Positions 35,689-44,737 of a stretch of 64,000 bases of DNA are shown here, piece after piece. Position 1 is the first letter of the stretch. Each line of letters starts with the position of its first letter. Below the pieces are notes generated by a model that worked only from the letters and a program-made list of their open reading frames with translations, had not been told where the DNA came from and did not search any database. Both the position numbers and the translations under genes were made by a program. The stretch lies in sequence record MW825358.1; one strand, written 5' to 3'.

Positions 35689-36936
35689 ATGAGGACATGT
35701 GAGATGATCGAGCGGGCATTTGAAATACAAATCGAGAACTGGCTGAACGGACCGACCTTTGATGCTGAAGTCTACGAACGACAGACTCAGTCAAGTACAG
35801 ACAAAAAGCGCACGCCCATTGCCAAGATCAGCTATACGATCCAGGTAGGGCGGCCGGCTAAGATGCAAGTCATCGAAACCGATGGTGCGCGTGATACTTT
35901 CTTAGAGCAAGAGGACATCGACGTCCCCTTGCTGTTCCTACTGCGTTGCATCGGCGCGATCAGTAAGATGTACAACATTGCTCCAGAGCAGGTGAGCTTT
36001 GGTGATCCGGGTAGTGTGCTCGAAACTGCATTTACTAGACCCTGGCGTAACTGGGGTCCTGAGCAACAAGCTCGCGCCGATGCGAAGTGGGAGTTCTTTG
36101 GCACCAACTTCATGATGGCCGACCCGAACCTGGTGGAATACCGCCCGGAGTGGGAAGGCGAACATGGCGCCATGACCTATGCCATCTTTTGGTTGAACGA
36201 GCATTGGAAATCTCCCATGAATGCCCAAGGGATGATCTCTCATCCTGACGGGCGCATTGACCTGTGGAACTACTCTGCGGCCACTGGGATGTTGTATCAC
36301 CGTAACCGTCAAGGGGCCAGGGCTGAGATCACAATCGACAAGATGATGATCATCAAAGAAGGTGACCGCGAAAACGCCACGATCTATCGTCCTTTCTATC
36401 GGGAAAAAGACGGGGAGATGAAGATGCAGTGGTTGGCCACGCGTGAGGTCAAGATCGTCTCAAACCATTGGGAAGACGAAGCCCCGATGAATTTGCGGGA
36501 ACTCCTGCGCCGACTCCGTGAGCGTCTTGAAAATCATCCTTTCGCAGAGTTTCCCGACTTGCGCCTGTGTGGGTCGAAGGATCTGATTGATACATCTAAC
36601 ATCACCAAGAACCAAACGACCACACTTGAGCAGGCCAAGATCTATCAGGACCTTCTCATTTACTTCCAACGGTTCAAGACCCATCGCCCTTATCGCCGAG
36701 CACATTTTGCCGAGTACATGGCATTTTCCAAACTGATCATTCAACTGATGCAGCTGGTCTTGAAGATCGATGCACCCAGCGCGGTGAGTAAGTGGCGAGA
36801 TTTCATCGTCAATGTCTCGGCAGGCTATATCAATCGCACTAGGACCCCCGACCTTGAAGCTGTGAAAATGCTTCGCAATATGTCTGAGGTGGGTAGTTCC
36901 TGGAAAAAGAATAAGGAGGAATCTTCCGATGAGTGA
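35689..36936 (+). CDS. hypothetical protein
   Basis: 415-aa ORF downstream of an early-promoter-like motif. Confidence 0.75.
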   Translation: MRTCEMIERAFEIQIENWLNGPTFDAEVYERQTQSSTDKKRTPIAKISYTIQVGRPAKMQVIETDGARDTFLEQEDIDVPLLFLLRCIGAISKMYNIAPEQVSFGDPGSVLETAFTRPWRNWGPEQQARADAKWEFFGTNFMMADPNLVEYRPEWEGEHGAMTYAIFWLNEHWKSPMNAQGMISHPDGRIDLWNYSAATGMLYHRNRQGARAEITIDKMMIIKEGDRENATIYRPFYREKDGEMKMQWLATREVKIVSNHWEDEAPMNLRELLRRLRERLENHPFAEFPDLRLCGSKDLIDTSNITKNQTTTLEQAKIYQDLLIYFQRFKTHRPYRRAHFAEYMAFSKLIIQLMQLVLKIDAPSAVSKWRDFIVNVSAGYINRTRTPDLEAVKMLRNMSEVGSSWKKNKEESSDE

Positions 36937-37522
36937 AGCACTATACAAGCGTCCGTATCTGATCCAGCGCATGCAGGCGCGCTCTAAGAACAATCAGGTC
37001 CGCCTGGGAGAGCGTTACAGTAATGAGTACATGGGCGCTTCTGAGTTTGAGCGCGGCACGATGGCCCAGACTTTAAAGTCCATGCACGGCTTTGTCGATC
37101 ACGGCCAGTTCCAAGTCGGGGAGCTGACCATCTACGCGGCCTGGGATCATCGCAACTACAACAGTGCCGGCGTCCAGCTGGTCTTGGACGGTCTGTGGAA
37201 TGGACAGTTCCGTACCAAAGAGTGGTTGAACTTCTCCCTGAAGAAATATGTCGAGCAGCAACGGGCGGTGAAGGAGATGCGTCTATCCCCCATGGCGCGC
37301 TCTGCCGATTATACCGATGCCTGGTTTGATATCGACCATGGTCTGTTTTGGACCTGGCAGAAGATCAACCTCAAGGACATCGTGCTGAATATCGCCAAGT
37401 CCCACGCTTGGATGAGCTTGTCTGAAGGAGAGCGCCGGGCCGCGCAGTTTGAAACGCACGGCAGGGCGACCTTGCAAGGGGCACTGGGTCCGATTGCCGA
37501 TCAGCTCCGCAATCGGGGTTAG
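36929..37522 (+). CDS. hypothetical protein
   Basis: AAGGAGG SD; 197 aa. Confidence 0.75.
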   Translation: MSEALYKRPYLIQRMQARSKNNQVRLGERYSNEYMGASEFERGTMAQTLKSMHGFVDHGQFQVGELTIYAAWDHRNYNSAGVQLVLDGLWNGQFRTKEWLNFSLKKYVEQQRAVKEMRLSPMARSADYTDAWFDIDHGLFWTWQKINLKDIVLNIAKSHAWMSLSEGERRAAQFETHGRATLQGALGPIADQLRNRG

Positions 37523-37572
37523 TGCGCCAAGTAAGCGGTATTGTATAACAGGGGACCACCAGGAACGCAACC

Positions 37573-37851
37573 ATGGGGCTAGCAGTAAAACTCGAGCTGA
37601 CTCGCAAGAGCCGCACCGAGATCAAACCGATCAACCGCCAGCAAGCTTACTACTTGCTCTTCAACGTTTACAGTGCTCGCTACGGTACCGCAATCCGTTA
37701 CGAGAACCCGCGCACGATGCGTGTGAAGATCTTGGAGTTGCAAGCTCATCTTGACACTGTTCGCCTTAGTATGCCGGCGGTCTATCAAGCACTTGCTCGA
37801 CAGATCACCGACTACGAGCGGATTTGCGCCATCCTGGAAATGCTTGGTTAA
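37573..37851 (+). CDS. hypothetical protein
   Basis: CAGGA SD; followed by a hairpin element. Confidence 0.65.
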   Translation: MGLAVKLELTRKSRTEIKPINRQQAYYLLFNVYSARYGTAIRYENPRTMRVKILELQAHLDTVRLSMPAVYQALARQITDYERICAILEMLG

Positions 37852-37964
37852 CCCATTGACCCCACCTGCCCTTAAAGCGGGTGGGGTTTATGCCGGTGAT
37901 TAGGTAAATCCTTATTCCACCTTTAGATAGTTTGAACCACTCAAAGTACAACGAAGGAATCGAG

Positions 37965-39653
37965 ATGTCCGAACAAATGCAGCCCGTCGGCACCAGCGTG
38001 CAGATGGCGTCGAAAATCAACTACCGCTTTGACCCGTTCTTACTTTCCTTGCACGTAGCCAGCAGTAAGGCGCTGAACGCCAGCGTGATAGGGCGTGACC
38101 AGCGGGCTCGAATTGGCTATGCCGCCGATATCTCAGGACGCGATATCTACGCGCTGTATCTGGCGTCTTTCCCCGAGGGTCCTGACCGTCTGGAGCACAC
38201 TTGCCGGTGCTGTCAAGACTTCTTTCGCCTCTACGGCAATCTGTTGCTGATCAATGAAGCCGGCGAGACCGTGTCGGCTTTGTTCTCCGATGACGGCCGC
38301 ACGCCTCAAGAGTATCGGGCATTTGTGGAAGCTGCCTCCCAGAAACTGGCTGGTGCCAAGGTCGGTTTACTGGAAGTCTCGCAACGCCCCGATGGTTACC
38401 TTCTCATCGGTAAGGCCCAGGCCGGTGGGTTCCATCATTTCCATTACGCCCTGCCGAAGGTGATGAATCGTCCCGACCTGACGCTCTCGGCAAAGCAGAA
38501 TGCGAAAGAGTACCGCGAGGATGCGCGCCTGCTGACCGAGTCGCTCTCGCGATGGAGAGAAGAAACGCTCCAACAGGCCATGGCCGCTTTCCAGAATGAT
38601 GAACATCTCTCCCGGACCATCCACGCCGAACACCTGACCAATTTCATGGCCATCCGGGCACAGAACCGGATCATCGCGGACCGGCGCCAGCGCCTCAACC
38701 ATCTGACTGTTGCCACTACCTTGTACTCCAAGGGTGTGGTGCGTATCGGACAGACGGTGTTGGGAGAATTCTTGGATCGTTTGGAAGTGACCAATTCTCT
38801 GCAATCTGCCAAGTCTCGCTTTTTGGTCATGATCGATCCGAAGGACTATCTGCGTCCTAAGGCCGCTCCGGCGCAGCAGACCATCGATCGGGCCGAGAAG
38901 ATCTTTGAGCAACTGGATCTGGCTCGCTCCTTGGACATGCGCTCGGTAACCCGTCCTGAGATCCTACCGCATGCGTTCTGGCGCCCGCCGCAGGTGTCTT
39001 CGGCACCGGCCAGTGGCGGGATTTTCTCAGGGATCAAGGCCAGGGACGCTTCTCCTGAGCGTGGAAAGCTCTTCGTTCAAGGCCCCACGATGTCCTGGCG
39101 CGGCTTTGTCCGTAAGATCTTGATGCGTCCGGCAGGTCAGGGACAGATCATGCGGTTGTCGGTTAATATCCCCCAGGCCCAATACACCGACCTGGTCACT
39201 GTGGCCACGATGCTCGATCCGAGCGGTGCGCCGTTGATGGGATGGGACAAACCTGAGCGCCGCAACCCTGCGGTGATCTACGGCTACGTCCAACCCACGC
39301 TTCCCCGGGACTGGGGTCTGCAGCCTGGTTGGCAGGACGTAGTGGGCATTGTCCCCAATGTCCCCGAGTGGTTCACTGAGGCAGATGTGGAGCTGGATCG
39401 CCACTTCCTGGTCCTTGCCCAGGGCTATGACAGCCGCGCACACGGCGGGCTGCCGTTGTTTCCGGTCAACTTGCGCCCTGAGTTGCATGAGGTGCGTTCG
39501 GTGATCGAGGCCTATGCCAAGACCAAGTCCATTCAATTCATCGAACAGGGATTGGTGATGAAGGCCTTGCACGGAGGCAGCTGCAGCATGCAGGTACAGA
39601 CCGAGTCCGACGACGGGGCGGTCACCACCTACCTGATCAATTCGTTCGAATAA
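37965..39653 (+). CDS. hypothetical protein with an HxCxCC motif
   Basis: YLASFPEG..EHTCRCCQDF; AAGGA SD before ATG 37965. Confidence 0.75.
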   Translation: MSEQMQPVGTSVQMASKINYRFDPFLLSLHVASSKALNASVIGRDQRARIGYAADISGRDIYALYLASFPEGPDRLEHTCRCCQDFFRLYGNLLLINEAGETVSALFSDDGRTPQEYRAFVEAASQKLAGAKVGLLEVSQRPDGYLLIGKAQAGGFHHFHYALPKVMNRPDLTLSAKQNAKEYREDARLLTESLSRWREETLQQAMAAFQNDEHLSRTIHAEHLTNFMAIRAQNRIIADRRQRLNHLTVATTLYSKGVVRIGQTVLGEFLDRLEVTNSLQSAKSRFLVMIDPKDYLRPKAAPAQQTIDRAEKIFEQLDLARSLDMRSVTRPEILPHAFWRPPQVSSAPASGGIFSGIKARDASPERGKLFVQGPTMSWRGFVRKILMRPAGQGQIMRLSVNIPQAQYTDLVTVATMLDPSGAPLMGWDKPERRNPAVIYGYVQPTLPRDWGLQPGWQDVVGIVPNVPEWFTEADVELDRHFLVLAQGYDSRAHGGLPLFPVNLRPELHEVRSVIEAYAKTKSIQFIEQGLVMKALHGGSCSMQVQTESDDGAVTTYLINSFE

Positions 39654-39754
39654 GTCTGGTTAAGTCCCCACCCTTCGGGGTGGGGACGTATGCTGTTCGT
39701 GTAAAACTAAACGTTGAAGGGGAATTTATTGAAACCTGTCTTCACGTGAATCTC

Positions 39755-40408
39755 ATGTCCGACCACACCACCCGTACTTTACAGCTGTTGATGGATCTGT
39801 TCACCCGCGGTCCGTGGGGACAGGGTTATGCAATGGAAGCCATCGTCGATCGCGCCCAGTGGTTGACCTTGGGTAAGACCTACCAATTTCGAATGGACGC
39901 CGAAGGGCGTTTGTACTATCACGATGATCTGGATTTACCTCAGTTCGTCCATCCTCAGACTCTGGAAGACTTCAAGCCGATTGTATCGGATGAGACCTAC
40001 CAGCGTCGCCTGCAAGAAAACCGGCTGGAAAGCATCCGCGCGGTAGCCGCTGAAATCCCAAAAGCTGCCAAGGCCTACGTGTTAGACAATGTGCCGTTGA
40101 TGCCAGGGGATGTCGTGATGGATCGTGAAAACTGGGAGGACGAAGAAACACTCGCCCGTCCGGTGATCGTCACCCGCATGCTCACGCGTGAGGAAGGTAT
40201 CGAAACAGCCCGGCGGACCAACAGCTTGGTGCTCCCTGACGTGCTGTGCTACCACATCAGCCCTCACTCCGGGTCCTTATCGTTTTTCACTTCCTTCTCT
40301 ACCCGCCTTGTCAAAGTAGGCACCAGTGAGGAGTGGGGTCTTCCCAAGATCGATCCGCGTTTGGTGGAACGGTTAACTATCTACAGCATGCCCAAGGAGG
40401 AGTCATGA
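39755..40408 (+). CDS. hypothetical protein (start uncertain)
   Basis: Track start 39680 lies inside a hairpin; next ATG at 39755. Confidence 0.6.
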   Translation: MSDHTTRTLQLLMDLFTRGPWGQGYAMEAIVDRAQWLTLGKTYQFRMDAEGRLYYHDDLDLPQFVHPQTLEDFKPIVSDETYQRRLQENRLESIRAVAAEIPKAAKAYVLDNVPLMPGDVVMDRENWEDEETLARPVIVTRMLTREEGIETARRTNSLVLPDVLCYHISPHSGSLSFFTSFSTRLVKVGTSEEWGLPKIDPRLVERLTIYSMPKEES

Positions 40409-40737
40409 GCAAGTCCAAATACGTGGTCGGTCTGAGTCGTGAGTCCAGGTACCCGGTCGCGGTGATTTTTCCTGATGCCCTCACTCATGCGTTGATCGCC
40501 CGTGCGGTGTTTGACGACAAGCACAGCGTGCTCAGTGCCGGGTTTTGTTACTACGACGCCAAAGCCGAGTCCATGGTGCCCTTCGGGCGCTCTACTTCGT
40601 TAGACTTAAAGGCCCGTGAGGAAGACAAGTTCTACCTCCAGCAGGCCACCGGGGGCTTGGAGTATGTCCCGCGGGAGATCCTGCGTGCCGATGTGGCCAC
40701 CTTAGAGCTGGCCGCGCGTCTGGCCGGGGACGACTGA
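40405..40737 (+). CDS. hypothetical protein
   Basis: AAGGAGGAG SD, ATGA overlap. Confidence 0.7.
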   Translation: MSKSKYVVGLSRESRYPVAVIFPDALTHALIARAVFDDKHSVLSAGFCYYDAKAESMVPFGRSTSLDLKAREEDKFYLQQATGGLEYVPREILRADVATLELAARLAGDD

Positions 40738-40991
40738 TGTCCAAAAACGGTCAGCGCAGAGATACGATCTTTGCTGAAGGCAAGCGTTGGGCGCTGTTAG
40801 GGTGGAGCATCGAGCAAAACCCCTATCTGCACCCACGGGCTCGAGCGGTCTGGCGAGAGGGCTGGGAGAAAGGTCATACCGAACTGCTCAAGCGTCGACG
40901 GGAGGGTCGTCGCCGGCTGCGTACAACCTCAACTTTGTTAGGCTGGTTCTGGCGTCCGGTCTATGGGGCGCTGGCCACCTTTCACTTGTAA
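40737..40991 (+). CDS. Rmf/CrpP-like small protein
   Basis: FAEGKRWALLG.SIEQNPY......VWREGW resembles the ribosome modulation factor G..A...G....PY.....W..GW pattern. Confidence 0.45.
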   Translation: MSKNGQRRDTIFAEGKRWALLGWSIEQNPYLHPRARAVWREGWEKGHTELLKRRREGRRRLRTTSTLLGWFWRPVYGALATFHL

Positions 40992-41000
40992 GGGACGTCT

Positions 41001-41222
41001 ATGAAAGTGATTCGTGTCTGGTCAACCGGGATATGGTCCAATCGTCGCTACCGCTTGGCATTTATCCGTGCAAATTTCTTTGAGCGACGCGCCATTCGTA
41101 AGAAGATAGCTGCCGCTGGACCCCGCAGGTTACACATCATCGACGCACCCCACGGGGCTGGGATGAAAGTCCATGGGGCGACGTTCTTACTCTCTGCACG
41201 GCATAGACCCACCCCGCGTTAA
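41001..41222 (+). CDS. hypothetical basic protein
   Basis: AAGGGA SD; 73 aa. Confidence 0.45.
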   Translation: MKVIRVWSTGIWSNRRYRLAFIRANFFERRAIRKKIAAAGPRRLHIIDAPHGAGMKVHGATFLLSARHRPTPR

Positions 41223-41241
41223 GCAGGGTGGGTAGTGATGC

Positions 41242-41523
41242 TTACTTAGCCTTCGGATCAGACATGTAATCGTCCAGCGAGGTCGGCAGACCTTGGGCTG
41301 CGCCGGCTTGCTTGACCAGGCGCGCAATGGCACCGGCCGCGGCGATCAGCTTGATGCCCTTGTCGAACATGGCCGGCAGATCCGTTCCATCAAACAGACC
41401 GGCGGCCACCAACAGATTGTAGATGTCCGGGGACAGACCCACGATCAGGTAGAACCACATGGAATAGAACTTCCAGGCCTGACGCCAATCTTCAATCAGG
41501 AACTTGTCAAAAAACTTGCTCAT
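41242..41523 (-). CDS. holin-like small membrane protein
   Basis: FLIEDWRQAWKFYSMWF N-terminus plus hydrophobic helices; AAGGTGGAG SD. Confidence 0.55.
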   Translation of the reverse strand: MSKFFDKFLIEDWRQAWKFYSMWFYLIVGLSPDIYNLLVAAGLFDGTDLPAMFDKGIKLIAAAGAIARLVKQAGAAQGLPTSLDDYMSDPKAK

Positions 41524-41580
41524 AACCGCTCCACCTTAAACTGACTTGCTTCTCTCCATAAACTTAAGGGTTAGAAACAG

Positions 41581-41886
41581 ATGTGTGAGTGCATCCATGC
41601 TGATAGGGATCTGAAGTTTCCGGTGTTCGCACCGCAACCGATCGGACCCCGGGAGAATTGGCCTGTTTACTTTGTGCCCTCTACCACCGAGCGTGGTGCA
41701 GGACACTACTACTGTCCGCGTTGTCGCAAAGGCCTGGAGGAGGCCCGCGTACAAGCCGGACTGGTGGAGCGTACCGAGATTTCACAACTACCGCGTACGG
41801 GGTGGTTGGCGCGCCTGAAGGGCTTTCTGGCGCGTGTGCTGGCGGTTAATCCCAGCCCGCATTTGCCTGCTCACCACGGCAGGTAA
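41581..41886 (+). CDS. small zinc-finger-like protein
   Basis: CEC ... YCPRC. Confidence 0.45.
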   Translation: MCECIHADRDLKFPVFAPQPIGPRENWPVYFVPSTTERGAGHYYCPRCRKGLEEARVQAGLVERTEISQLPRTGWLARLKGFLARVLAVNPSPHLPAHHGR

Positions 41887-41947
41887 ATCTCAGTAGTAAA
41901 ATCCCTTTCCTACTGAGTAGTGTCAACAGGTGGACTAGGAGTGTTCC

Positions 41948-42178
41948 ATGAGTGAGTCGCAACGCACCCAGGCTCATGGACCCTACCGTATCGTGCGCAA
42001 TCCCGATGGTCCCGACAAAGCGTACTTTGCGGGGCACTACGAGAACGGACAGATACGCTGGGTCTCAAGTAGCAAGGACGGTGTCCCTTACCCTTCAGCA
42101 GGGTTAGCGGCCGCAGTCCAACGTTCCTTGGAGTCAGACCACGCCGGAAACCTGCGCGTTATCCGCATCACGAGCTGA
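41948..42178 (+). CDS. hypothetical protein
   Basis: AGGAG SD; followed by a perfect hairpin at 42190-42213. Confidence 0.6.
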   Translation: MSESQRTQAHGPYRIVRNPDGPDKAYFAGHYENGQIRWVSSSKDGVPYPSAGLAAAVQRSLESDHAGNLRVIRITS

Positions 42179-42242
42179 TGCAACCCAAAGAGGGGGTGGC
42201 ATGCCACCCCCTCGACTTATTTCGCATTCAAGGCAAGTGACA

Positions 42243-43004
42243 ATGACAACGATCGTTTATGACGGCCAGTGCCGCACCCTGTACACCGATTCCATGGTCA
42301 CCACCTCGGGCAAGAACGTGCGCACCCGTGTGGAGGCCACCTTTAAGGTGGAAGCGTTTGAACACCTGAAGATCAAGACCACACAGGGTGAGACGATCCT
42401 TGGGGCGACCTTTGCAGGGAGCATTGCGCATATGGAGCGTGCCTTGAAGTTCATCTTGCTCAATATGTACAAGTGGCAAGAGGGACTGAAACAAATCAAC
42501 GACAATGGCGGGACCTTGGAACTGGGTGGGGTCTCGGTGATGTTGATCACCACCAAGCGTTTGTATTGTTTCACCTTCTCCTACAATGCGGTCACGGTCA
42601 ACGAGCACGAGTTGGATGAGACCATCACCTTTGGCAGCGGTGGGGCATACGCGGCGTGTGCGATGGAGGTCTATGGAGGTGACGGCTTTGATGCGATCAT
42701 GGCTGCCTCCATCTGCGATCCAGGCACCGGCCAGCTGATCCATGCCTACAAGCTCCACAAAGACCGTCTGGAGCCGTTGGAGCCGCGGGTGATGCCTGAC
42801 ACCCAGGCCAACCGCAAAGCCATGCGCAGGCGCGCAGGACAGTCCAAGCGTGAGGTGAAGGTCTACTCATTCACCGCTGAGGCACCGCGTGGGGTGTTCA
42901 CCAACTTCGATGAGGTCCATCCGGTGGTGAAGACATTGAAACAGCGACATAGTGAAGCCCAGGTTGCAAAGAAGGCCGCTCGTGTGAAGAAAGCGTCTAC
43001 GTAA
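42243..43004 (+). CDS. Ntn-hydrolase / HslV-proteasome-beta-like protein
   Basis: M-TTIVYD..LYTDS, FAGS, TFGSGGAYA, SICDPGTG; the track start at 42201 lies in a hairpin loop. Confidence 0.65.
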   Translation: MTTIVYDGQCRTLYTDSMVTTSGKNVRTRVEATFKVEAFEHLKIKTTQGETILGATFAGSIAHMERALKFILLNMYKWQEGLKQINDNGGTLELGGVSVMLITTKRLYCFTFSYNAVTVNEHELDETITFGSGGAYAACAMEVYGGDGFDAIMAASICDPGTGQLIHAYKLHKDRLEPLEPRVMPDTQANRKAMRRRAGQSKREVKVYSFTAEAPRGVFTNFDEVHPVVKTLKQRHSEAQVAKKAARVKKAST

Positions 43005-43183
43005 TTTTTCGCACAGCTTTCACTATTGTATACGAACTGGTGTCGCCTCCTCTCTTATCCCTGCATCCTAAGGGTAAGTGAGCGAGCAACCTGTATTTTG
43101 TCGAGTTCCCTGCCGGTCATAGCCGCGTTGAGACACCGGTGATTGCATCCGGCAGGGTCTGTTTCTTTTAGAGCGTTACCCTC

Positions 43184-43810
43184 ATGTTCAAGTCCTTCTC
43201 TGTCAAGGTGGTCGTCGCCAGCCTGCTGGCTCTTACCTTGAGCGCCTGCACCTCCCTGGGTGTTTTTAGCTCCGCGCCGGTCTCCCCGGTGCAGATCCAA
43301 CCCATCCAAGTCGAAGCGCTGTCCTTGGCCGTTGAGGCCGAGAAAATCGACATCACCCCTTTCCAGATTGAAGTACCAGAAATTCGATATGCCCAGCTTT
43401 CCGATCGCGCCTATGTAGATGCTACGGCCTCGGAAGTCCACTGTATGGCCCTGGCCATCTACCACGAAGCTAAAGGAGAATCTGAAGTTGGACAAGCCGC
43501 GGTTGGCTATGTCATCTTAAACCGTATTGCAGATGGGCGCTTTGGCAGCACCGTCTGTTCCACCGTCTACCAAAAGCAGAAGGGTCGTTGTCAGTTTAGT
43601 TGGTATTGTACCAAAGCCGTGGTAAAGAACCGTGTGTCCTTTGATCGAGCCAAGCGCATGGCGCTACAGGTCATCGACCGCGAGGTCTCCAATCCCATCG
43701 GCAGTAGTCTGTTCTTCCACGCCACCTATGTGCGGAAGCAGCATAAACGTTACGCAAACGAGTACCGTATCGGAGGCCATCGCTTCTACGGCTCGGTTGC
43801 CCAAATTTAA
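43184..43810 (+). CDS. cell wall hydrolase (SleB/Hydrolase_2-like), lipoprotein
   Basis: Lipobox LSAC; CMALAIYHEAKGE, GQAAVGYVILNR, VCSTVYQ, CQFSW, FFHATYV, IGGHRFY. Confidence 0.9.
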   Translation: MFKSFSVKVVVASLLALTLSACTSLGVFSSAPVSPVQIQPIQVEALSLAVEAEKIDITPFQIEVPEIRYAQLSDRAYVDATASEVHCMALAIYHEAKGESEVGQAAVGYVILNRIADGRFGSTVCSTVYQKQKGRCQFSWYCTKAVVKNRVSFDRAKRMALQVIDREVSNPIGSSLFFHATYVRKQHKRYANEYRIGGHRFYGSVAQI

Positions 43811-44019
43811 TAGGAGGAAAGTGTGGTCGGCTTCATGGGTGTTCCCCGCTATCGTCGATAGCCTTCACTTCAACACATAAGACCCCGCCTCTAAAGGCGG
43901 GGCTTATGCCCAATCAAGATTTAAACAAGTAACTAAAGCTCAAACCTATACCATCGAAGAGATAGGGTTGTGTAAATTTTCATCTTCACGCCACATGCTG
44001 TAACACCAGGAGACATGTG

Positions 44020-44433
44020 ATGTCTAATAAGTTCTACGGATTGGTGAGCGAGGACTTCTCGATCATCGAAATGGAAGGCGAGTATTCTTCCACGGCCTTG
44101 CACAATTACGAGCACGCAGCCAAGGACGCTGGGGTCGAACCCAAGGATCTGATCTTGATCTTCAGTGAGTTCGAATACACCCGGATTCTCTCGTCGGTGG
44201 AAGCAGAGCTGACCGACGCTGATGGCGATGGACTCATTCCGGTTTACGTGGGTGTGGCCTTTTCCACCCAGTTGCCGGTCTTCCCGCACGCCAGTGTCGA
44301 TACCGAAGAAGAAGCTGCCGAGTTCAAAGCCAATTTCCCTGATGAGCTGGCCGGTCCGTTCAAGATCGAACTGACCAAGGCCTGGCCGCGACCGGTGGAA
44401 GTACTGGCTGAGCAAACCCCGAGCGCAGCGTAA
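44020..44433 (+). CDS. highly acidic hypothetical protein
   Basis: AGGAG SD; Asp/Glu-rich 137 aa. Confidence 0.7.
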   Translation: MSNKFYGLVSEDFSIIEMEGEYSSTALHNYEHAAKDAGVEPKDLILIFSEFEYTRILSSVEAELTDADGDGLIPVYVGVAFSTQLPVFPHASVDTEEEAAEFKANFPDELAGPFKIELTKAWPRPVEVLAEQTPSAA

Positions 44434-44443
44434 GTTGCGCTCT

Positions 44444-44635
44444 TTAGGACGTCCCTCCCCAGGGCGTCCTAAGCCTGACTGCTGATCATCCCCGTGACGC
44501 AGTAAAGTCAATCAGGCCGCCGTGAGGCAACCCTGCGATTGACACGCGCGGAGGGCTCGTAACCCTCCCACTTATTTCTGAACTAAGTTCCCCAGCTCTC
44601 TTACTGTCAACAGCGCAGTAAGAGGGTGTTATGCC
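44444..44635 (+). ncRNA. candidate structured RNA (four consecutive stems)
   Basis: Stems taggacgtccct/agggcgtccta, gtcaatc/gattgac enclosing gcc-GTGA-ggc, ggaggg/ccctcc and ctcttactg/cagtaagag. Confidence 0.3.
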
Positions 44636-44737
44636 CTGCTGTTCATTTAAATCCGTTGTCAAAGATCTGACACTATCGGCAACGTAGTGTTAGGTTGTTG
44701 GACCCTGTTGTCATCTCAACTAACCTAAGGAACTTTT

